Of a stretch of DNA of 64,000 nt, positions 42,501-53,700 are shown in pieces. A program made the position numbers and the translations under genes. The notes under the pieces were generated by a model that saw nothing but the letters and a program-made list of their open reading frames with translations, searched no databases and had not been told where the DNA came from. Source of the stretch: a virus (lineage: Duplodnaviria; Caudoviricetes); the IMG/VR virus record IMGVR_UViG_3300044973_000253, positions 51,922-115,921 of that record. One strand, 5' to 3'. The stretch's first letter is position 1, and each line of letters starts with the position of its first letter.

Positions 42501-45500
42501 TGAACCTACCAACCATTTATCCCATAATCGTTTTAATGAATTATATATAGAAATCTTTGTGTCTATCTGCTGATTTGGGTCCTCTTCGTTTACCAAAGAA
42601 ACGGCGGTATCTACTACTTCATTGGTGGCTGCTGATAATGCGTTATTTAGAACAGATGCATTTAAAAGTTCGTCTTTTAATTGTTGCATAAAATAAGAAC
42701 AATACTCAACCATATTATTCTTATATCCATTATTCAATACAACTAATGACTCGTTTATTAATAATTCAACATCTTTAGTTAAAGAAGTTACTGCTTCTGA
42801 TTTTAAAAATTCATCAGAAAAAGTATAATCAAAACCTAATAAATTATCAAATGCAGATAAATTCCATCCACTTTTACCAGATTTTTTTATTTCATTTTCT
42901 ATGTTTGTCTGTAAATCTCCATTCTGTTTGAGAGCAGCATCCATATTAAATTCCAAATTATTTCTAAAATATCCAAATCCATTTCCATCATCAGCCCAAT
43001 TCATAAAATATTTAGCCAACACAAAATTATCAATTGGAATTATTGTCGGTGTATATTTAACCATACACTTGGAATTTGTAGAATTAACTGTATATAATAG
43101 TCCGTCATTAAACAAATAAGCCCAACATAAAGAACCCAAGTAAAGCAATTCTATTTTAGGATAACTAATATAAGATTGTTTCTTATTAAAACAAGATAAC
43201 ATTATATCTGTTATATTTATAACTACACTGGACCCGTAATATTGTATCATCGAACCACTTCCTCCCATTTGAGTATTATCTAAGAATAGAGCTGCCCTTT
43301 GATACGATCCCTTGTTCCCATAATAATCAATATCATTAAATACATTAGCATCCGATTTTATACTTTTAGGATTTCCATTGTCATCCAATATATCATAACG
43401 TCTCTCCTTGCATTCCTGTTGAATGGTCCATCGTTTCATATTTACGAATCTATCATGTAAAAAACCGAATGAACTTGAAGAAATTAAATTTTGAAAAGCT
43501 GAACTATTAATAATATTACAGTTTTCATCTATGATAACATATTCTTTAAAAGTATCAAGAGTATAAGCATCTGGATGTTCTTTTATCCATGTTTGTACTT
43601 CTTGTAAATGTGATTTATGGATATACCATCCATTTGACAAGACATCAGGAATAAATACCCATCTCCAACCATTAGAGGGTACTTCACCATTAGTTTCAGA
43701 AGATACATTGGAATCTGTAACCAAAGAATTTATCGTATCTATATTATTTGACGGCTTTATCGCAATATTATATCCTTTTCTATTGAAAAGATTATTATCT
43801 TTTGCGACTAATTTCGATAAATCTCCCTGTTTGTATTTTTTTATTTTATCTCCATCTGTAATGTTTTGTAATCCTTTTCCTTGCATTATATTCAACATGC
43901 CTTCTCCAAGTGTTCCAAAATCACTTACCGCTCCAATCTTATCCTTAAACGAATCCGAAATAATGTCTTTATAAGCATAATAAAAATTTTTAGCATCCAT
44001 TATACCACAATGATATGCATAATCTTTAACATCAGCATATTTGGAATTAATTCTTGTAATATTCATTCCCATTGTGTTATAATAGTTAAATATCAATGAA
44101 GCACGAAGATATAATTTAAATGACAAAATAGACGGATCCGTTCCAAAGAAATTATCCAAATCAGCATCTGTCAATTCTCCTAAATACTTGTCTGTCGTAA
44201 ACAAGTCCGACATAACAAGAGGCATATAAATGGTAGGAACCTGAGCATTGGTGCTATTTGTATTGTTAGCTCCAGTATTATCTGGTACAATGTTATTCAT
44301 CTGTGCATTTGCATATTTTGTGGCATCAATAAGACCAAGAACCAAATCCCGTTCGGGAAACATGGTGGCATTTCCTTTGTTACCAACCCAACCATCTACC
44401 TGTTTACCGTGTTGAATATCATTTACTTTTGGGAAAGGAGGAACAACTGCTTTTGTTATATCAAAATCAGAATCTTCCACCATCATAAAACCACAATCAG
44501 ACGGAGTTCTGTTTTTCTTATACACATTTTCAGCACATGAATACATACAATATAACAAAGTCTCAAAATGCTCCATTAATAATTTCATCATGTTTTTGAC
44601 AGTTGGTCTAAAACCCAGTCCAGAAACTATTTTTGAATTTCTAACTGCTTTGGCATTATCAATAGCTGCCTGCTTCTTTGATTCTGAATTCTGTTTGATT
44701 TTATTCAGATAATCATAAAACATTTCTCCAGTCTTGTTATTCATCAATACAAAAACATCATAATTCCATGTCTGATTAAATACTGTATTGGTAGATATAT
44801 TCTGTAATACTATTTCTTTTAAAACCTTATTTACATTCGCTGTTTTAAAGGCTTCTATTGATATAGATACTCCTGATGTGGTAGGATCATACAATACAGA
44901 ATTTCCAGTACCATAAACAATACTAAATTGATTTGCATCTGAATTCCCCATATTGACCAGACCTTGCTTCATGGACTCAAAGTTTTTACTCGTATCCTTA
45001 TAGTATTGTTGAGTTAAAACATCCTGTTCTATATTGTCTAAATCTCCCTGATACAGAATAATACATACTCCTCTTCCTACATCGTCAGAAAGAAAATAAG
45101 AAGAAGAATCATGGTGTAAATTGTTTTTAAATCCGTCAAAAACAGTAGCAAGAGAAGGAATATCTGACTCTATTGCATTTTGTGTATTCTGTGTGTTTGC
45201 CACTTCGTTGTTGGCCTGTTGTAATTCTGTATCTGAATCGACTTCCGAAATAACCTTAAATACCTGCATCAATCCAACAGGAGTCGCCCCATCCAATAAA
45301 TAATCAGAATTGGTACAAATTGTATTTTTCCAATAATCAGCACCAGCAAAAGAACAATACGGAGCACAAACCATAAGATTGACTGGGATATCGTTCAATA
45401 AAGAATAGCGATATCCTATAAGTTCCAAATCCACATTAAAGTTTCCTGTATTATTATTAAAATCAACATTGACATTTTGGAATGCCAAATCATAAGTTAT

Positions 45501-46205
45501 AGGAGTACCATAATATCCTTTTACAAACATGGTTATGGATGGATTTGGCAATGAGAAAAGACTTCGGAATAACGAACCACTAAGATTTGATTTATCAAAT
45601 CCTGGTATGCCATCAACCACCTTGGAATGAGTTCTTTCTTGTGGGGAAAATAATGACGTTCCTCTTACATCAACCAGATTCAACTTAACCTGAGGACAAT
45701 AATAATTATCATAAGTAATATCTATGGATTCTATTCCAAGCATTTCATTGCTTATATTATCCTCATATACATCATAATAGGTATGTTCTGTTCCCTCGTT
45801 GGTAAGATAATTTATATGCTTATCACTTTTATGTTTTTCGGCATATTCATCTGATTCTGGCTGATTATGTCCGTAATAAAATCTTCTTCCAGACAATATG
45901 CTGGCTTTTCTTCCATTATCTGCTTTCCATGAAATAAGATATATTCTGTTTGATGTTCCATTATTTCCATCACTATCCGAAGTCGGATTTGTAGCCTCTT
46001 GAAATCTGCTTTTTATTTCTATCTGCAAATCAACGGCTATACAATAGTCGGTACCATCCCAAAGCTGATGAATACGTTTCTTTTGTCCGCTAAGGTCATT
46101 ATACTCCTTGCTCGAATCGTTTATTGCATTCGGGTCAATATATGATATTTTTCCATTGATATCCTGAACATTAACATTTATATCTGTATTTACTGAATCA
46201 GCCAT
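39549..46205 (-). CDS. Giant baseplate hub / tail-associated lysin with C-terminal M23 peptidase, 2218 aa
   Basis: HSGIDF, VYTHM and GSCGKSTGIHCHFE M23 motifs; hub-like motifs LGIESIDI..PQVKLNLVDVRG and SYECTVSMMGC..IQPLMYF..PMFRGTYMISKMSHSI. Confidence 0.8.
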   Translation of the reverse strand: MADSVNTDINVNVQDINGKISYIDPNAINDSSKEYNDLSGQKKRIHQLWDGTDYCIAVDLQIEIKSRFQEATNPTSDSDGNNGTSNRIYLISWKADNGRKASILSGRRFYYGHNQPESDEYAEKHKSDKHINYLTNEGTEHTYYDVYEDNISNEMLGIESIDITYDNYYCPQVKLNLVDVRGTSLFSPQERTHSKVVDGIPGFDKSNLSGSLFRSLFSLPNPSITMFVKGYYGTPITYDLAFQNVNVDFNNNTGNFNVDLELIGYRYSLLNDIPVNLMVCAPYCSFAGADYWKNTICTNSDYLLDGATPVGLMQVFKVISEVDSDTELQQANNEVANTQNTQNAIESDIPSLATVFDGFKNNLHHDSSSYFLSDDVGRGVCIILYQGDLDNIEQDVLTQQYYKDTSKNFESMKQGLVNMGNSDANQFSIVYGTGNSVLYDPTTSGVSISIEAFKTANVNKVLKEIVLQNISTNTVFNQTWNYDVFVLMNNKTGEMFYDYLNKIKQNSESKKQAAIDNAKAVRNSKIVSGLGFRPTVKNMMKLLMEHFETLLYCMYSCAENVYKKNRTPSDCGFMMVEDSDFDITKAVVPPFPKVNDIQHGKQVDGWVGNKGNATMFPERDLVLGLIDATKYANAQMNNIVPDNTGANNTNSTNAQVPTIYMPLVMSDLFTTDKYLGELTDADLDNFFGTDPSILSFKLYLRASLIFNYYNTMGMNITRINSKYADVKDYAYHCGIMDAKNFYYAYKDIISDSFKDKIGAVSDFGTLGEGMLNIMQGKGLQNITDGDKIKKYKQGDLSKLVAKDNNLFNRKGYNIAIKPSNNIDTINSLVTDSNVSSETNGEVPSNGWRWVFIPDVLSNGWYIHKSHLQEVQTWIKEHPDAYTLDTFKEYVIIDENCNIINSSAFQNLISSSSFGFLHDRFVNMKRWTIQQECKERRYDILDDNGNPKSIKSDANVFNDIDYYGNKGSYQRAALFLDNTQMGGSGSMIQYYGSSVVINITDIMLSCFNKKQSYISYPKIELLYLGSLCWAYLFNDGLLYTVNSTNSKCMVKYTPTIIPIDNFVLAKYFMNWADDGNGFGYFRNNLEFNMDAALKQNGDLQTNIENEIKKSGKSGWNLSAFDNLLGFDYTFSDEFLKSEAVTSLTKDVELLINESLVVLNNGYKNNMVEYCSYFMQQLKDELLNASVLNNALSAATNEVVDTAVSLVNEEDPNQQIDTKISIYNSLKRLWDKWLVGSSLSDYNIPNWFDKNFHFIDSFFTDIGDLILVDMSSMLEIYNDQLKQGQAFTLLQFITDVLGKTNMTFNVIQNWANLSDPETMKKAFVPVPYNSMVLPSNYATQSDFVTVYNYEPSHLLGDDSDESEYKGDSFMANNYDSLPQVIKDYDYQDLKIPAFSVSYGQQYQSYFHNIKVNTNKGQNTEWSIGAQMQIAQMGSDKVNKAVIFQGQDLYTIFSNVSYECTVSMMGCCWIQPLMYFCLTNIPMFRGTYMISKMSHSIRNGEMTTTFTGCRLPKIANRIVDNAFLNTQGNFDEEDSITRENAIASVENDCAYKFYNPLMQTQINASYEHTVNIVALKTYRPDYITKLGYDSVWDAIVSTINREFSNGVDNLSQKLVALCMFNQHALASKKKNGGWRNIFSSSFKGSKGSFNSGTEANVKSIFENPLSILGGKDELPLDIDLSGQYANRYGNIQAYSYNKPIGKIKDQKNSITKSSVYRIGQYSLNNSQFPEYTSSDSSINHHSSKYYFTYGRNQFVQIYEGCRTDDSEPIWTDSDLAEMKKDPNVPTDDKKSNGNNETLINGFVNAVSRTSQSVAAMACDVKVCSEGTDNWIIISACDSVSKKLLPQNNATLFDMIVRTGAGESQGYYGWFKHAIWLTSAKSQEYPDYILVQVIEKTDGTKNMRSITVQFSIASNIKSLKSTFTKSDLDKWQNHTYNNNKLIYSNGTGLDSVPKNWWKIMGKNIADKTTFKDTDTILNAYTYAFIDDSVTKKYWEKIKTYLLEDKALPCPANGDEVNDEYAFSNKDTDSIFKTSQSKIKMKTISSPISDFWGPFGNTSKTEIAQHKGSPWNPARTSPAPPEFHSGIDFSEKGVKGDRLVAGHDGIVLSCHQAAGFCNVIIVAYNLENKDGSILLGVYTHMDAESIYCTAGQIVKAGDILAKAGSCGKSTGIHCHFELWLMPKDSSGKYTFPGYNSFIAKTKENNHTNQYICNPEEYINFKTK

Positions 46206-46210
46206 TTTTC

Positions 46211-46519
46211 TTAATAATATTTGTTATACTTATCTATATCGGTATCATACTGTATGAGGACTTGGTCCAAAGGAAGAGGAATTCTTATCCTTTCCCCATC
46301 CTGTATCTCAAATTCCATATTTCCTATTGTCGGATTTGCCTGTAAAATAAGCCATCCGTAATTAGGATCTGAATAATACTGGTATGATAACAGATCAAGT
46401 CTTGTTTCTCCTCGTTTGTATAAAATATACGCATCCGATGAACGGACAGGAATTTTAACAAATGGGACCTCGCTTATATTACCGCTTTTCCTAAACTTTT
46501 TATATCTATCGTAAATCAT
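46211..46519 (-). CDS. Baseplate wedge LysM-like protein (T4 gp53 / P2 gpX-like)
   Basis: RLDLLSYQYYSDPNYGWLILQANP..G.RIRIP; start reassigned to MIYDRY (46519). Confidence 0.8.
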   Translation of the reverse strand: MIYDRYKKFRKSGNISEVPFVKIPVRSSDAYILYKRGETRLDLLSYQYYSDPNYGWLILQANPTIGNMEFEIQDGERIRIPLPLDQVLIQYDTDIDKYNKYY

Positions 46520-46541
46520 TATTAAAAAATAACAAATTGTT

Positions 46542-49500
46542 TTATTGATATATATTTGGAACGAATGTGAATTCCTTTCCATCCGTATCTTTGGTATATC
46601 CTATCATTTCGGATCTATCATCATATACACGCTGATTAGCATAATAATTGAATGACAACGCATTTTGCAATCTGGAAATAGGTCCACCCAAATCACTACC
46701 ACCAGTAAACTTGAATCCTATATTTATTTTGGCATACATTGGCTGAACTCCAGCACCTTCTGGATTCATATCCCATTGGATACCTCCTCCGACATCATAA
46801 TTAATTCCCAATGACGTTATATATATCTTTGTATAATAGAAATCTCCTATTCTCAACACACATACAGGAGGTCTACCAAATGCCATATTTGCAGAATTTT
46901 CACCCATTTCATTTCCATCAGATACACTATCAGTAGGTCCTTGTCTGGTACACTGATGAAGGAATGACAATCTTGCATTAAAACCCTCTGGAGACATGGA
47001 ATGAAAAGCTGGATCGAAATATTTTATTTTGTCAACAATCTTGTTGTGCATGACAGGATCTGTAATTCCAAGATTTCTGAAATAATCAGCTTCTGTTTCG
47101 TATCTATGCGTAGTGACAGCTCCAGTGGTATTGGTTACGTCCGCTGCGGTCTGTTCCGCTTTTTCATTATTATCCTTTTCTTTCGTTTTCTTTGAATTGT
47201 CTGTTTTTTGTGCACTTTGAACCTCTTTCCCTCTGCCATCCATTGTTGCCAATATGGAATTGCTTGTACCAGTAGTTTCACTTTTTGCGGTATTTAAGTC
47301 AGTAGCCTTTTTGGTCGTATCATCATCATCCACATCATCATAAGTAATGCGTATAACTGCAGAGCGATTTATTTTAGCCATTAAATGACTAACATCGACC
47401 TGTTTCTTATCTCCAACTTCCTTGCTTGGCGTTGATTTTGTAGTTATCTCAGCTGAATCAAGTATTTTATTCTTTTCCATCAGTTCCTTTATGAAAGTAG
47501 ACATTGTTAACGCTCTATGTTTTGCAAGTTGCTGATTTGAAGATTCCGTTTTTTTTCTGGCTGTCTTTGGATGACCATGCTCATTTGAAATTCCTTCAAT
47601 TTCAATTTTTACATTTTTCATACCAAATATTTTTTTGAACAAATCAACATTTTCCTGTTTATAATGAATTCCCTCTTTGATATTATAATCAGATATGTTT
47701 TTATCTGTTTCAAACGGACAATATTGATATATAGCCATCACAAAATCAGCATAAGACACCAGCCTTTTCTTTCCATCTTCAGAAACATAAAGTCCTGTTG
47801 TATTGGCACTTGAAGCACCAAATTCATTAGGAAAAACCTTATCTGCAACTGTTCCAAGACCTTGCTGCGAATTCAAACCATAACTTCTTATGTCAGCATA
47901 ATCCTTAAAATTGACCAGTTTTTCATTTCTCCATAATTCCTCATCTCCAGCTTCATTTACATAATCATAAGATTTCAGCTTTTTCTTTTTCACATTGGTA
48001 TCTATTCTATAAAGCCACTGAATTCTATCTTTCAATGCTTTAGACTCACTTTCCTTTGCAGATAATCTCTCATTGAATGTGCATATATACCAATTTCCGT
48101 TTGTAGAGGCAGAATCTGTTGATTTAGAATCTATATTGACCGCCAAAAAGGAATCGGTCATTTTGTTGGTATCATAAGTATAATATCTGTTCCAATGGTC
48201 GGAAACCCTTGAAACGCCATGATTTGGATTAGGATATGATGCTGATAATGTATCTTGATTGTCAAGTACCATTTCATAACCAAACGTATCCGATGTAACA
48301 GGAGCTACTTTATCATAAGGAAGCCCAGATATTGTTTCATCCACATCAGCATTGTATCCCCTATAATGAGGATCGGTTCCCCATGAAGATATATCATTCA
48401 CTGTTATTTTGTCTGAAAATCTCACCAAAATATCATGATAATCGTATGATGATGCTGAAGAATCATTATCAAATTGTAACCCATAACCAGTGCCTATTCC
48501 ATTTGCAAGATACATTATAGGAAAAAATGTTCCATAAGGCTGTTCATTGCTTTTTATATCATAATATCCCGTATAATTATTAGGATAAAATACAGAAAAC
48601 TCAAGAACATGAGGACTTTCATTTTTCGCAGGAGAATCTTCTGGAGTTTCTTTTTTGACTGGCTCCACAACCGTTTCCTTTTGGGCTTTGTTAGGTCTAA
48701 GAATATCACATCCTGCGAAAAATCTAAGTAACGTCTGTTCTGTAGAACCAGTATCATCGACAGAATCTGCTTTCACGTTTGCATCCTTTTGATTTCCATA
48801 AAACTGTTGTCTATCCTTATCTATATGATCTATAATAGTCGGATGGTCAATCAGCAGAATAAAATCAAGATTTCCTGTACGTTCTGTATTTTTATAGGTA
48901 TATAGCTGCTCTCCTCTTCCTATAAAGTCCTGTCCGCCCCACTGTACCGACACGCTTTCGTTAAATGATAAACCATACGGAGGAAACCACATAATTCTTC
49001 CTCCAAGTGGTCCCTTTTGTTCATCGGACAATAAATTGCTTTTATAATAATCTCTCCATGCCAAATTTTCTATTGAAAACATGCAGTGTTTGATATCAAC
49101 ATTCAAATTTGCATTTGAGTTGCTTGTAGGAGTGATATTCACCAAACCGTTGTTCTGATTAAGAACAGAATATTTAGCAAGACTATCAGGTCCTTTCATT
49201 CCCCCGACTCCGTCTTTTCTTCTGAATGGATATATTTCTCCCTCTTTATCCTTAAACAACGATCCTGATGCGCTTATTTCGGCAGTATCGTCATCATTGT
49301 CCGTATTCTTTGTTCTGTTGGAGAATGGTCGTATGGTATCTACTATAGTATGATATTCATGATGATAAGTCCACACCCTGCAATAAGGATTATCATACCC
49401 ATTTGTATTGGTATCCTTATCAACATCTGCCTTTAGCAGATTTCGGCCATGGCTTAAACCATAATTGACTGATAATGCTGTCTGTATTTGCTGTGGTGTT

Positions 49501-50774
49501 CTTCCGTCTTCTGTTGATGTGTGGAATCTTGAAACCAAAGAATCATATTTACCATGCAGAAAAGCCCTGTTGGTCTTGTTTACCAAATCATTATATTTGT
49601 TCTTTTCATCATATCCTACATATACTCCGTTTGCGGTTCCTTTGTTTCTGTTTCGTTCAGAGGAATTGTTAACGCCATCCTCGTTTGAACTTACAGTATC
49701 ATAATGACCGTCATAATCGTCACCAGAACCCTCATATTCCAGATATTGATAATTATAGTGTCTGTCTTTTATTTTGTTGCCATAATTAAATACAAAGCGT
49801 ATGGAACGCTCTCTGTAATCCATATCTCCCAACCCTACAGTTGAAACATCTCCGTCTGTTGTGGATGGATATATGTTGGTAAGAGGAGAATTATACAATG
49901 ACCTTCCTACAGGGAAATAGGTATCTGATGGTGTTATTCCTGGCTTTATGGAATGGGCAAATTTATCGTCATCTTCCGATAATGTATTAAACACATTATA
50001 CATGGTTCTGTAAACAAAATCCTTGCTTCTCCACCCTAAATCATTATAATAATCAGCATTAAAAGCATCAATAGGCAGCAATCCGTTATTGTTGTCTGAT
50101 GCTTCTTTTGCATAATCAAGAGGTCCTACTATCGTATCTATATATTCCCTATTTATATTTTCTCCAGCTCCTCTGGTATTCAAATCAAGTCCATTTCCAT
50201 AATTGACATCATTAAAATAATATCTTGACATTCTCATGGAAATAGGATCATAATTTTCTCCAAAAGTTCCTGTATTGTCCCATTCTGCAAAAGCGGTCCT
50301 CAATCCCTTGTTTCTGTAAACCGTGGACATATTTGCCAATAATGTATCGGATTTACCGTTATCATTGGTAATTGGACTCTGTATATTATAATTTGTTATT
50401 CCTTTATGTGTATCATCCAATATATACGGAGATTCCAATGATTTTGGAAATGTAAAAGGCTTATCCCCGATGGTATATGAACCAAGATACATACTTATAT
50501 CAAATGACGGTCTGTCAGAATATACTCTTCGTATGTAATCTACATAATCAAAGGAATTAGACCGCTGATAATCACTTACATATCTTGGAACAACGTGTTC
50601 GTAATCATAGGGGTTCAGGATTGTTCCTGGACCTACTCCTAATGTATGACTTCCCGTATATTGCTTAACTCCATAATCTTTTCTTATGGAATTGGCAATA
50701 TAATTATAATCTTTTATTATTATTCCTACATTTGCATAGGTTTGTAAATGTTTTTCGTCTAACAATTCTGCCAT
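46542..50774 (-). CDS. Tail-tube initiator/hub-like protein with an OmpA-like domain, 1410 aa
   Basis: FNESVSVQW..FIGRGEQLYTYKNTERTG and FGRPPVCVLRIGD tube-like motifs; IEIEGIS..NQQLAKHRA..NRSAVIRI OmpA-like motif. Confidence 0.65.
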   Translation of the reverse strand: MAELLDEKHLQTYANVGIIIKDYNYIANSIRKDYGVKQYTGSHTLGVGPGTILNPYDYEHVVPRYVSDYQRSNSFDYVDYIRRVYSDRPSFDISMYLGSYTIGDKPFTFPKSLESPYILDDTHKGITNYNIQSPITNDNGKSDTLLANMSTVYRNKGLRTAFAEWDNTGTFGENYDPISMRMSRYYFNDVNYGNGLDLNTRGAGENINREYIDTIVGPLDYAKEASDNNNGLLPIDAFNADYYNDLGWRSKDFVYRTMYNVFNTLSEDDDKFAHSIKPGITPSDTYFPVGRSLYNSPLTNIYPSTTDGDVSTVGLGDMDYRERSIRFVFNYGNKIKDRHYNYQYLEYEGSGDDYDGHYDTVSSNEDGVNNSSERNRNKGTANGVYVGYDEKNKYNDLVNKTNRAFLHGKYDSLVSRFHTSTEDGRTPQQIQTALSVNYGLSHGRNLLKADVDKDTNTNGYDNPYCRVWTYHHEYHTIVDTIRPFSNRTKNTDNDDDTAEISASGSLFKDKEGEIYPFRRKDGVGGMKGPDSLAKYSVLNQNNGLVNITPTSNSNANLNVDIKHCMFSIENLAWRDYYKSNLLSDEQKGPLGGRIMWFPPYGLSFNESVSVQWGGQDFIGRGEQLYTYKNTERTGNLDFILLIDHPTIIDHIDKDRQQFYGNQKDANVKADSVDDTGSTEQTLLRFFAGCDILRPNKAQKETVVEPVKKETPEDSPAKNESPHVLEFSVFYPNNYTGYYDIKSNEQPYGTFFPIMYLANGIGTGYGLQFDNDSSASSYDYHDILVRFSDKITVNDISSWGTDPHYRGYNADVDETISGLPYDKVAPVTSDTFGYEMVLDNQDTLSASYPNPNHGVSRVSDHWNRYYTYDTNKMTDSFLAVNIDSKSTDSASTNGNWYICTFNERLSAKESESKALKDRIQWLYRIDTNVKKKKLKSYDYVNEAGDEELWRNEKLVNFKDYADIRSYGLNSQQGLGTVADKVFPNEFGASSANTTGLYVSEDGKKRLVSYADFVMAIYQYCPFETDKNISDYNIKEGIHYKQENVDLFKKIFGMKNVKIEIEGISNEHGHPKTARKKTESSNQQLAKHRALTMSTFIKELMEKNKILDSAEITTKSTPSKEVGDKKQVDVSHLMAKINRSAVIRITYDDVDDDDTTKKATDLNTAKSETTGTSNSILATMDGRGKEVQSAQKTDNSKKTKEKDNNEKAEQTAADVTNTTGAVTTHRYETEADYFRNLGITDPVMHNKIVDKIKYFDPAFHSMSPEGFNARLSFLHQCTRQGPTDSVSDGNEMGENSANMAFGRPPVCVLRIGDFYYTKIYITSLGINYDVGGGIQWDMNPEGAGVQPMYAKINIGFKFTGGSDLGGPISRLQNALSFNYYANQRVYDDRSEMIGYTKDTDGKEFTFVPNIYQ

Positions 50775-50792
50775 TTTTTAAAATATAACATT

Positions 50793-53700
50793 TTAATTGA
50801 ATCTTTCTTTCACACTTGAACCACCCGCCGAGTGCATTTTTGCTATACAGTTCTTTACTGCCTGCTGGAATCCATGGTCATTGGCTAACTCCCTATAATT
50901 AATTATTTTTGAATTACCATTTCCAAAATCTATCTTTATCGTTCCTCCGACATTCACGTTTCCGCTGCCTGCATTTGGAACATTATATCCATTATTTGAC
51001 TGTCCATTATTTCCAGCTCCTCCTTTTTGTCCTCCGTTTCCTGATGTCGGACTGGATGCCATGTGAGCATTTGCTGTCGCATTGGTTTGATGAGCAACAA
51101 CCGTCATTTCGCTTTTATTGAATTTGTAAGCCAACAATTCGTGTATTTTGATTGTTGACAACGCTGCCTTTACAAGTATGTCTGGATCGTTGATATCAAC
51201 CGCTCCCTCTACCTGACTGGCATATTTATTTAAGTCCTTATTTCTAACATCATTCGGATTATCATGAAAAGCCTTTGCAATCCAACTTCCAGCAGCAGCT
51301 CCGATTCCGCTACCTAAACTGGCTCCTGCAACAGTTCCAGCACCTGGTATCAAACTACCTAAGAAACCTCCGATTAACGTTCCAGCCAAACTTCCCATGG
51401 TCATTCCTTTTTGGTCGGTTTTCTCATTCATCTTAGCAGATTTTTGTATATAATAATCGGGATTATTAATAAAACCATCCACTTTCCCTGCTTGATATTC
51501 TTTCTTTTTATCCAAAGCTTTTATTGCGGAATCATCGTAAGCATCATGTAACAAATAAGCATCGGAAGCCAAACTCAAAGCCAATCCAATTCCTGGGATT
51601 TTTTTCAATGCCCCCATTGACATTGATTTCATTACCCCCTTGGATCTAATGGCAGATGCCAATGCTTTTACTCCTCCTGCTGATTGTATTCCTTTATATG
51701 TGGATTTTACACCAGTCAATGACAAGGCTGACATTAATCCAACCGCACCATATTTGTCAACAAAAGATCCATCATTTGCTTGAATATACCCATTTCCAAA
51801 AATAGTATTTTTTGATTCCGAAGCTCCCCTAATACCTGCTACACGACTATCAATAGATACCAAAACATTATAAATATCATTTAATGGATTCATACTTGCA
51901 ATTGCTGTCTGATTGGCAGCGTTTAATTGAAAGTTGGTTTGTGTAGGACTTGATATGTTTTCTCCTGTTCCTGATGATGGTTCTTGTTCTTCATCACCAT
52001 CACTATCAGAATCCGATCCTGTTAGTTTTGAAATTCCATATCCTGCTGCAGTCAAAGCAAGACCTATATATCCTGCTTTTTTTAATCCTTTGGGAATTTT
52101 TATTTTTCTAAGAAAAGATAAGATTCCCTTACTTTTACCTGCTGCACCTGCCGCTCTTCCTGTATTTCCAGCTACACTTCCCGCACCAGCAGCTGCAGCT
52201 CCTCCTGCTGATCCCGCTGCACCAGCCGAACCAGCTGCGCCAGCCGCACCCGCTGCTCCTCCCGCACCACCAGCAGCTCCTGCTCCTGCTCCTACGGCTG
52301 TTCCTGCACCTCCTTCCGCTTGAATTATATCTTGTGAAGTCTGCGGATTGTTCCTTTCAGCAATTTTTCCCAGCATACGTTTCACTCTTTTGTATGCCAA
52401 AAAAGACCCTCCTCCAGCAGCGACCGATGGCAATAGAGCAGCAGCTCCCAAAATAGCAGGATGATTTTTTATCGTTTCAATAAAAGACTGTCCCGCATCC
52501 ATTCCTCCTTTTAATGATTCGGTCCATTGTGCAGTTTGTGCACGTCCCTCTTTTCCTGCTGAATCCCAAGTCTCATTCTTTGACATCTCATTTCTCGCCT
52601 TATCCTGTCCCTCTTTCTCAAAATGAAGCCACAGATTATGAACATCATTTTCTATATTTTTTGTTTCAGCAGAAGGAGAATACAAATCACCCAGACTTTT
52701 TGCGTTCAAACTACTTATATCCACTTCTTTAGCAGCTCCACCACCCTCAGTATGATTATTAAGGTTAATCATAAACTTTTGTTTGGATGGATCGTAATAA
52801 GCCCTGCTTGCAATTAACGCTTTCTGGTCTGCATTAAACTTATTTCCAAGTTGAGAGCTTATCGCATTTGATTGAGCCTCACGAGTAGCCATATTGGTCA
52901 ATTCGGCAGCATCAAAACCTGTCGCTTCGGATTCTGCCTTGATTAACTGTTTCCCTATGGGACTTATTTCAACCGTTCCTGATTTTTTGTTAAATCTTCC
53001 CATGTGAGCAACCGTACCTACCAATTTTTTGGTAAGTGCTTCCATATCATAGTTGGCTTCATATTGCAAAGACAAAGGATTAGACATATTGGATGCCATA
53101 CTTCCTCCAAGCATATTCATCTTTGCCGACATTTCTATCGCACCCTGAATACTGCTTGCTTTATCTGCGACTCCAGCCACGCTGGTCATATTGAATTTCA
53201 AACGTTCCGAAAGAATGGTCATTTTTTCCATACCAGATACTCCCTCACTGAATGTTACCTTATTCATCAGCGCAAGATTTTCTGTTACCTTCTTGGTATA
53301 ATTGGATAAGTCTATTCCGTATTTTTCAGAATTTTTCTGTAACTGCAAAAAGTTGGCAGAAGCAACTTTTACCGAACCACCTACGGCATCGAATCCAGAA
53401 ACCAATGCAGTGGCATTTTCCCCAGCATAATGCTGAACATAAGCCATTGACTTGATTTCCGTTTCATTGAAAAGACGTGCGCTATTTGTTCCAGAGGCAT
53501 AAGATGTGACCATGGCTTTCAGGTCCTCTGATGACATATTGTAATATTTTGCAATATCAATAGATGCCTTGACCATAGTGGAACGCAATGCCTCCATATT
53601 GTCCTTATTCATACCTATCTGTCGTCCAGACTGATAAGCTATATCATCAAACTCTCTCCATGTTTTTGTAGCTTCCTTGGCAATATTCCATATTGCCATC

